64,000 bases of DNA from Bdellovibrionota bacterium (lineage in GTDB: Bacteria > Bdellovibrionota > UBA1018 > UBA923), in NCBI GenBank assembly GCA_040754655.1, contig JBFMCE010000004.1, positions 1,740 to 65,739 on the forward strand, given 5' to 3'. A program made the translations under genes and the position numbers. This document shows, piece by piece, positions 57,691 through 64,000 of the stretch (the first letter of the stretch is position 1; each line of letters begins with the position of its first letter). The notes beneath the pieces are model-generated. The model was not told the DNA's origin, did not search any database, and was given only the letters and a program-made list of their open reading frames with translations.

Positions 57691-57875
57691 CTTAGATAGA
57701 GCAGGGTTTTTATAGTAGTTGGAAGTAGGGACAGACCGAAAGACAAGTCAAGTGACCGGCACGGCCGGGATTAGGGGTAACTTGAAAAGTTTCCTTATAG
57801 GGGTATAGGGGAGCTCTTCAAAGGGAGTGTGAGGCCTACGGCAAGAACGTAGGCCTCACTGATTTCAATCTTTTT
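57691..57875 (+). ncRNA. Candidate small RNA (between the sigma-54-like element and a strong hairpin)
   Basis: No ORF of 60 aa or more is present. The candidate ends in a 12-bp perfect hairpin and lies inside a 570-bp non-coding spacer. This is purely structural inference. Confidence 0.25.
57829..57875 (+). terminator. Strong hairpin with a T-rich tail (putative intrinsic terminator)
   Basis: GTGAGGCCTACG (57829-57840), loop GCAAGAA, then CGTAGGCCTCAC (57848-57859), followed by tgatttcaatcttttt. The T-run is 11 nt from the stem, which is not ideal. Confidence 0.45.
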
Positions 57876-57924
57876 CCATTTTTAAAGTTTAATCGCATAT
57901 TTTTCTCTCCATAAACGTTGCTCT

Positions 57925-58563
57925 GTGTTACAGAGGCGCCGACAGTTTACTTTTGCAAAGGAGATTCCTTTGGATCAGAAGCACCCTCTGCCTAAGCAGA
58001 AACTTGTAGAGACGGCGGCCCAACTTATTTATCGCCAAGGATGGAATGCGACCGGAATAAACCAAATCCTTGTGCAAGCGAAGGTACCTAAGGGGTCTTT
58101 CTATTATTACTTCCGATCAAAAGAAGATCTTGGCGCGGCGATCGTCGACCACTATCGCGATTTTTCCGAAAGCGTATACCGACAGACGTTTTTGAATGAG
58201 TCGCTGACTCCGCGAGAAGCCATTGAGAGTTATTTCAAACAAAAGTCTGAAGCGATGGAAAAGCAATTGTGGCGTTGGGGCTGCCCGGTGGGAAGTTTTG
58301 CAAACGAGGTTGCGGATACCGCGGAAGAAAAAATTGCGACTGCTTGCAGAGATTTCTTGCGGCGTTTTGAAGAAGTGCTCGAGACCGCGATAGCGCGTGC
58401 GCAAAGAGAGGGCGTCGTGAGCTCAGGCAAGACGAGTTCAGAGCTGGCCATGCAAGTGAGTTCGGTTTGGCAGGGGAGCTTGCTTTGCATGAAGACGCAT
58501 CAATCGAGCAAGCATCTTTCGACGGGAATTAAGCTGATTAATGCGACGCTCTTTGCGGATTGA
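57925..58563 (+). CDS. TetR/AcrR family transcriptional regulator
   Basis: An N-terminal HTH (LVETAAQLIYRQGWNATGINQILVQAKVPKGSFYYYFRSKEDL). A GTG start is listed at 57925 and the true start is uncertain. Confidence 0.8.
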   Translation: MLQRRRQFTFAKEIPLDQKHPLPKQKLVETAAQLIYRQGWNATGINQILVQAKVPKGSFYYYFRSKEDLGAAIVDHYRDFSESVYRQTFLNESLTPREAIESYFKQKSEAMEKQLWRWGCPVGSFANEVADTAEEKIATACRDFLRRFEEVLETAIARAQREGVVSSGKTSSELAMQVSSVWQGSLLCMKTHQSSKHLSTGIKLINATLFAD

Positions 58564-59084
58564 TGCGGCGCGCTTCCTGAATTGACGTCGCGTCAAGAAG
58601 CGACTAAACGGCTTTAGTTTACAAATTGATACAATCTTGCGTTTTGCGCATGCGCACTCCCATGCTATCGGTGAAAATTCATGTTGCTTTTGCTGTCACT
58701 GATACATGCGACTTACCTGCAGTTTGAAAAACTTTTTCGCGAGACGCTGAAATACGCCGCGCAAGCGTCGCTCATCAGCGGTTTTATCACGAGCATGGTC
58801 TTGGTCGCGGTCTCGCCCTATCACAAGCACTTCGGGCTCAGGCGTTACCTCCGATTGTTTTACTTGAAACGCAAGTATTGCCTTCAGGCGAAACTCACGG
58901 TGCTCGTCCTTCATCGAACAAGGAGAATCCTCGCTCCGGTGGCCTGGATCACTCGATTTAAAATCACCTGCCGTCAATTTGCCCGCCTGGTGCCCTGAGT
59001 TCCGCTCCGTCCGCCTTATGATCTCTCGTTATTGAAAATGAAATAGTCCAATCCAACTAGACGAATACGGAAGTGAGAATTTAC

Positions 59085-59837
59085 ATGGAATGTAAGCTTA
59101 AAGTTTTAGTGTGTGTATGTGTGTCTTTAATGTCTGTTTATTTCACAGGCTGCGCGAGTGAATCGGGCTCAGGTTCGGGAACGGGCGGGGTAAACGCAGC
59201 TGGCGCTCGCAGAGAGTTGCCCTCGGCCGAGGACGTCGCCAACGGCTCTGATCTTCTTACGATCGCAGTGCGATACCTCTCATTTCGCGATTCCAGTGGA
59301 ACCGCGGTCGCAAGCGAATCAAAAGTCCGGAATATGATCGACAATGATGTCGCGGCGGTCTGGAGGCAATGCGGGATTTCGTTTAAGCTTGAGCGTTACG
59401 AAGCAGTTGACGCCAGCTACGCAAACGCGCGTTATAGCCCGGCCAACTACTCAGAGCTCAATCAGATGCGCATCAATACCCAATCTGAGAATGACCTTGT
59501 CATCATCGGAACAGGAACCTGGAACCGGGCGGGCGATTTGGGGAACAGCGGCAGCAATTGTTACAGCTCCTTTCCGGGCGATCGGGCTGAAGGCATCGTA
59601 TGTGAGAAGAAGTCGGCCGGCAGCTCTCTAATCATGGCGCACGAGGTAGGGCACTGGCTCAATCTTCGCCATACCAATAGTCCGACCACCGATGCGGTCA
59701 ACGACACCACTTCGCGAAACGTCGCCTATAATTTGATGGACCATATTGTGCGCCCATCAAATGATGAGCTTACCAAAGGACAGTGCGTACGCGCTAGAAC
59801 CGCAATTGGGGAATGGCGAAGAAGGGCAGTGCTTTAA
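59085..59837 (+). CDS. M43 (pappalysin/cytophagalysin-like) zinc metalloprotease lipoprotein
   Basis: The ATG at 59085 gives a lipobox (SVYFTGC). The extended zinc motif is IMAHEVGHWLNLRHT. Confidence 0.7.
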   Translation: MECKLKVLVCVCVSLMSVYFTGCASESGSGSGTGGVNAAGARRELPSAEDVANGSDLLTIAVRYLSFRDSSGTAVASESKVRNMIDNDVAAVWRQCGISFKLERYEAVDASYANARYSPANYSELNQMRINTQSENDLVIIGTGTWNRAGDLGNSGSNCYSSFPGDRAEGIVCEKKSAGSSLIMAHEVGHWLNLRHTNSPTTDAVNDTTSRNVAYNLMDHIVRPSNDELTKGQCVRARTAIGEWRRRAVL

Positions 59838-59870
59838 AAAAGCTTGGAGTCGCACGAGCAGCTCGCGGCG

Positions 59871-59925
59871 CTCTGTTTACGGGCACGGGTAACGGAATTC
59901 GGTACAAACCGCAATCCGTTCACCC
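59871..59925. repeat. Dispersed intergenic repeat family, locus 6
   Basis: TGTTTACGGGCACGGGTAACGGAATTCGGTACAAACCGCAATCCGTTCA. Confidence 0.5.
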
Positions 59926-59940
59926 GGCGGTCCCTAAGGC

Positions 59941-61179
59941 TTAGAAGATAATTTCTTCCACGATTTCACTCAATACCCCGGTGATAGCATCCGCCGCGAG
60001 GTCGCCCAACATAGACGAACCTCCTCCTTTACCCTTTATTTTCTGCTTGCTCAGGGCGTCGGCGACGGCCATTTGTTCCTCACTTGGCTTGACAACGAGT
60101 TTACGAGCCAATGTTTCGATGAAAAACTTTCTGACGGCAATGGGTTCCCTTTTGAGTTGATCAAGAATAAAGAGAATGTCGTCAAATGTCGCTACCTTCA
60201 TTGCTTCCACTTTTTGTTCAAATTGCTTGTAAAGTTTCTCGGGGAAAAAGAATTTTCGGTTGTACTCTTTGATGATCCTTGCCAGGTCATCGTCGACGTT
60301 TTTCAAGTGGGTCGGAGTGTCGCCGAAGAATCCTTCAGTGACTACGGTATGGGCGGTGTTCTTTTTCGCGAGATCAGCAAGGCCACCTACGGGGATACGT
60401 TGCCACCTCTGTACTGTGATCGTCGTTTCGGGAAGGCGGTCTTTAAAAAGAGCGAGCAAATAAGCGTCTTTCTCTGTCTCGCTCAATTGTTGCCAGGAGC
60501 GTGAATACCGGCGGGTCGCGTGCAGGTCTAACCCCACTCTTGAAAGAATTCTTTCAGGAATCTTGTCAGCCAACCGGATGGCATCGCTGGTGTCAACGAT
60601 CTTGATCAGCTTTCTTATCTCCTCCTGCTTTTCCGTCGGAGATAGAGCCGGCCATCTTTCTACATACTCGTTAAAGCTTTTCTCGCTATCAAGCAAGGTG
60701 GTGCGTCGGAATTCGCTGAGATGATAATTCCAGAAACTGCAACTCATGTCTGTGCCATAGGCCGGGTGGTTGATGGTTGCTCGTAGTGCGTGGTCGGAAG
60801 GCGCTGTTGCTGCGACCTTCTCTAGCTCGCCAAGCGCGTCGGAAAGGATTTTCCCTTCTCTAAGGTTCTCGGCGAGTCGTGCTATTGAGTTTTTGTACTG
60901 GATAAGTTGAGCCACTTGATCGACAGCTTCGACGGTCTTCTTGCCGGCTTCGATAACGGCATCCGAGGCGCTAAGAGCCCCTTTTGTTACTTTATTGCCT
61001 ATATTCGATGACGTTTCTGCAATTTGGCGCGCGCTATTCTGCAGTTTTTTTACGAACCGGTTTACGGCGGGCCCACAAGGGGGAGTAGAGTCGATTGGGT
61101 CTTTTTTGTCGTCTGCGGCAAGGCAGACCGAGTGGCATAGGTAGAATGCGAGAACTATGACAGCCGGAAGTAGCCTCAT
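59941..61179 (-). CDS. Hypothetical secreted protein (412 aa)
   Basis: A signal peptide (MRLLPAVIVLAFYLCHSVCLAADD) on a long ORF that is helical and K/E-rich. No motif is recognised. Confidence 0.6.
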   Translation of the reverse strand: MRLLPAVIVLAFYLCHSVCLAADDKKDPIDSTPPCGPAVNRFVKKLQNSARQIAETSSNIGNKVTKGALSASDAVIEAGKKTVEAVDQVAQLIQYKNSIARLAENLREGKILSDALGELEKVAATAPSDHALRATINHPAYGTDMSCSFWNYHLSEFRRTTLLDSEKSFNEYVERWPALSPTEKQEEIRKLIKIVDTSDAIRLADKIPERILSRVGLDLHATRRYSRSWQQLSETEKDAYLLALFKDRLPETTITVQRWQRIPVGGLADLAKKNTAHTVVTEGFFGDTPTHLKNVDDDLARIIKEYNRKFFFPEKLYKQFEQKVEAMKVATFDDILFILDQLKREPIAVRKFFIETLARKLVVKPSEEQMAVADALSKQKIKGKGGGSSMLGDLAADAITGVLSEIVEEIIF

Positions 61180-61370
61180 AGATATCTATTCGTTATATAC
61201 GTGAAAACCTTGAGCAGAGTTCCGAGTAAAGGGTTTACGATAACCGACACCAAATCCGAATCCAAACCTCGGCTCCCGCGCGGGCAAGGCTTGCTTTAAG
61301 AGGAAACCCGCGGGATGGGGATGATATCCCCCTATACGGAGTCTACATTTATCCGTTCGTAGTATACGCC

Positions 61371-64000
61371 TCAATGCCGCGTCGGAGGGGATTCTTCCTC
61401 GGCAGAATAGTCTTCTGCCGCGCTTGCTTCGCCCTCGGTTTCTGCCACTTCATTGAGCGCGCTTCGCGAAACCACGATTTCTTCGCTTGCAGCTTGCTCA
61501 AGCATCGCAACTGCGGTCTCGGCGATCGAAGCGGGGTCAATATGATGGTACTGATAAACGTCGACAGGCCTGCCAGATTTGCTGTGTTTTCGAACAGCAA
61601 GCGTATCTTGCGGAACGCCGACGATGCTTCCGATGTTGTCTAAAAGGCCAGGTTCTCCGTCGCACACCGCAACCACTGGAATGCGTGAGCCGCGCAGAGA
61701 GAGCAGGTCCGCCCGTGTTGAGAGCTCTAGGCGATGTTGAGAGCCATTCCCATTGACGTTGATGGCGCCAACCGGAATCGTCGTGGCGCGATTGAGATGC
61801 AAATTCGCGTTTACTCCCAAGTTTTGTTTGAGGTGCTGATATCCGGTTTCCCTCCCCAAAGTTCCAATCAAAAGATCGGGCGAGGTGACCAAGATGACGT
61901 TGGCGTAAATACCTTGTTCAAGAAGCTTGTCACTCGCTTGAACCGCCTCAACGCCCAATGCCCCCATCGCGAAGATGTGCACGACATTGTCACCAGGGGC
62001 ATAACCCTCATGACCTTCGTAGTTGACGAGCCAATACCCGCCTTGAAGCACGTCTTGGCGGGTGTGCTCTAAGACCTCTTCGTCGCTCATGCCTTGAAAG
62101 CGCAGCTGCCGCTTCAATCGATCGAGCATGGTCTTTTGCTCAATCCCTCGAGTGACGGCGCGAATGAGCACGCCTTCGCGGTTGGTGTTTTCACCCGTGA
62201 AGTGGCGTCTGACGGCGTCTGCGATGATCCAATCCATCTCAAGAGAAAAGGTTGGTTCCCAAGTAATTCCATTGGGGATCTGCAGGTCGGATTTCCAAGA
62301 ATGCTGCGCCCCTTCAGGCGAAAGGGTCACGCCACTGGGAGTTCCCACGAGGATGAAACCGCTTTGCCAATAAACATTGTAAAAGAACTGATCGAGGGCT
62401 CTTTTGATGAAGAAGTCATAAATGGTCATCAGCGGCAGGAAAGGTACTCCGATATGATCGAGCATCTTGCCAAATGCGCCAGCACAGCTCATCGCGTTGC
62501 CTTCTTCGATTTCAAAACGCAGGTGCCGGTTGGCCTCTTTCTCGAGCGGCACGAGGTCAGGGCGGCGCTTGTCTTTGACTTCGTAGCGAGCCTCGAAGTC
62601 AACGGTCCAGTCTGGGCCAAAGATTTTTCCATCCATGCTTGGGTTGAGATTGGTGCTCGTGCCGACGTCCGGAGCCATCGTCACGACGTAAGGAGCCGCC
62701 ACGGCCCATTTTTTCTCGTCATCTGTTAAAGTCTCATTTTTCGAGCTTCCGGTGACTGCGTTTGCGATACGGATGAGTTTGGCCGCAAGCTGACCCCACA
62801 TCCATTGGGTGTTCGCCCAGGGCGCTAGCTTAAGATTGACTCCGAACTGCGTCGGAAATCCGCCTGACTGCTCAAGCTGTTGTTTGGCTTTAGCCGCGTT
62901 CTTCTGTTTCAACTCCCTTTGCGCATCGATGCCCTTTCTCAAATACTGACCGCGTTGTTTGCAGTACTTCGCTTCTTCGCTTGAGGCTGAAAAAAGCTGA
63001 AACAAATCGTTTTCAGCCACTTTCTCCGCTTTTCTCATCGCATCGATCTCTTCAGGGTCTGCCAGCATGCTGTGGTTCCCGGTCATTGCTTGGCACTGCA
63101 AGCCCCAACCTTTGATCGTATGGGCTACGATCAACGTTGGTTTCTTGCTGGTGCGGCACGAGCGCAGGGCCTCGGTGATCACATCGATGTCATGTCCACC
63201 GAGGTCTTCCAAGAACTCGACCATCTCGGCGTCAGTGAAGCGCAGAAGCTTGTTCCGAAGGCTGGGTGCGAGTTCGATGAATCGCGTGCGGATCACTTTG
63301 CCGTCGCGTTTGAGCAGCAGGGCTTGCAGCTCAAAGTCCGCTAAGCCTTCGATGAGTTTTTGTAGGACATCATTTCCCGTCTTCGTAAAGAAAGACTCGC
63401 GTTTTCTGCCATGACGAAGCTGAATGACGTTCCAGCCATTTGCCACGGCCATTTTTTCGATGCGATCAGCGTCGGTGCCTCGAATGCCTTCCTCATTTAT
63501 GATGCGAGTGCCATCGAGGTTTTGCCTGTTGTAGTCAACGATCCATGTGACGTTTCCCAGCTCTCGCTCGGCGATATCCGGCATGCATTCCGCGAGACTT
63601 CCTTCGCGAAACTCGGAGTCACCGATGATCGACCAAAAGTGCGCGTTCTTCGGGACAGCAAAATCGTGTTTCTCCGCAAAGCGATAAGCGAGCGCGGTAT
63701 AAGCGGAAACCACGGGCGGAATGCCGACTGAGCCGCTAGGAAAGTAGTTGAACGAGTCTGGATCCCAAACCGCATGGTACGACTGAAACGCCGGCTCATG
63801 ATCGGGGTCATGGGGGTCCATGAAAGCACGCAAACGGTGCATGACTTTCTTGGCTTCTTCTTCATTGAAGGGCTGGCCGTCTTTATGTGAAAACAAACCC
63901 AGCAGGTGCGAGTAAGAATGGTCCATCGGAGAAGCATGGGGTTTGATCGCGAAATAATCTTGTGGTTCTCGTACCAGCAAGTGCAGAGCCGCCATGAGAT
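61371..64000 (-). CDS. aceE: Pyruvate dehydrogenase E1 component, homodimeric AceE type; N-terminus lies outside the window
   Basis: ThDP-binding region IIGDSEFREGSL...VDYNRQNLDG, GWNVIQL and VAHTIKGWG. The frame stays open beyond the listed ATG at 63995 to the window edge. The C-terminal tail is acidic. Confidence 0.8.
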   Translation of the reverse strand, partial: LMAALHLLVREPQDYFAIKPHASPMDHSYSHLLGLFSHKDGQPFNEEEAKKVMHRLRAFMDPHDPDHEPAFQSYHAVWDPDSFNYFPSGSVGIPPVVSAYTALAYRFAEKHDFAVPKNAHFWSIIGDSEFREGSLAECMPDIAERELGNVTWIVDYNRQNLDGTRIINEEGIRGTDADRIEKMAVANGWNVIQLRHGRKRESFFTKTGNDVLQKLIEGLADFELQALLLKRDGKVIRTRFIELAPSLRNKLLRFTDAEMVEFLEDLGGHDIDVITEALRSCRTSKKPTLIVAHTIKGWGLQCQAMTGNHSMLADPEEIDAMRKAEKVAENDLFQLFSASSEEAKYCKQRGQYLRKGIDAQRELKQKNAAKAKQQLEQSGGFPTQFGVNLKLAPWANTQWMWGQLAAKLIRIANAVTGSSKNETLTDDEKKWAVAAPYVVTMAPDVGTSTNLNPSMDGKIFGPDWTVDFEARYEVKDKRRPDLVPLEKEANRHLRFEIEEGNAMSCAGAFGKMLDHIGVPFLPLMTIYDFFIKRALDQFFYNVYWQSGFILVGTPSGVTLSPEGAQHSWKSDLQIPNGITWEPTFSLEMDWIIADAVRRHFTGENTNREGVLIRAVTRGIEQKTMLDRLKRQLRFQGMSDEEVLEHTRQDVLQGGYWLVNYEGHEGYAPGDNVVHIFAMGALGVEAVQASDKLLEQGIYANVILVTSPDLLIGTLGRETGYQHLKQNLGVNANLHLNRATTIPVGAINVNGNGSQHRLELSTRADLLSLRGSRIPVVAVCDGEPGLLDNIGSIVGVPQDTLAVRKHSKSGRPVDVYQYHHIDPASIAETAVAMLEQAASEEIVVSRSALNEVAETEGEASAAEDYSAEEESPPTRH

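Noticed and set aside
58681-58998. 105-aa plus ORF and overlapping 93-aa minus ORF (58696-58977)
   Set aside because: The two ORFs are mutually exclusive and both have odd composition (R/K/L-rich or charged). Neither has an RBS or motif I can defend. I left the 58564-59084 interval as non-coding or uncertain.
61186-61374. 62-aa minus ORF in the aceE downstream spacer
   Set aside because: Its translation (GFGFGVGY...) simply reads through repeat-family modules (CCGAATCCAAACC). There is no RBS. I treat it as non-coding repeat DNA.
62094-62729. 211-aa plus-strand ORF
   Set aside because: It is antisense to the AceE-type E1 gene and has no motifs.

Overview
This is a densely coding bacterial chromosomal window. 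I call about 59 protein genes and found no rRNA gene, intact tRNA gene, CRISPR array, transposase or integrase. The gene content (Alternative Complex III plus caa3 oxidase, many secreted hydrolases and lipoproteins, balanced base composition by eye) suggests a Bdellovibrio-like or delta-proteobacterial-type Gram-negative, but that is only an inference.

Layout:
- 1-12.9 kb: a single-strand respiratory supercluster. It holds Alternative Complex III actB (5' truncated by the window edge), actC, actD, actE and actF, then heme A synthase, heme O synthase, a Sco copper chaperone, and caa3-type cytochrome c oxidase subunits II, I, III and a subunit IV fused to cytochrome c.
- 13-21 kb: an orphan secreted coiled-coil protein, a membrane protein, an MFS transporter, a PAS-GAF histidine kinase, an O-antigen-ligase-like protein and a CBS protein.
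- 21.2-28.3 kb: an envelope-related region. A translationally coupled two-gene cassette (a secreted partner plus a lipoprotein resembling the oomycete/Vibrio GP42 'transglutaminase elicitor' family, including a Pep-13-like WNQP motif) occurs twice, flanking lnt. An MltA-like 3D-domain protein and a GNAT follow. This is my best candidate for an undescribed system.
- 28-43 kb: stress and housekeeping genes (KGG-repeat protein, Lon, TrpS, FMN reductase, a Tat-exported GMC oxidoreductase). An uncharacterised operon of a 728-aa secreted protein and a small HExxH protein also lies here.
- 44-49.4 kb: an OMP-RND-EamA unit with no periplasmic adaptor gene.
- 49.5-64 kb: mixed housekeeping genes (pyrH, grx/bolA, PPIase, a DTW tRNA modification enzyme, Smr, AceE-type E1). 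There is also a small accessory-looking patch (TetR, an M43 metalloprotease lipoprotein, a 412-aa secreted orphan) bounded by unusually long non-coding DNA.

Non-coding observations:
- a dispersed intergenic repeat family built from short CGG/CCG-containing modules, seen at about 8 loci;
- a 105-bp element closed by a 21-bp inverted repeat;
- a candidate sRNA, with a sigma-54-like promoter and a strong hairpin, inside a 570-bp AT-rich spacer.

All functional calls rest on motif recognition in the supplied translations. No database search was possible.
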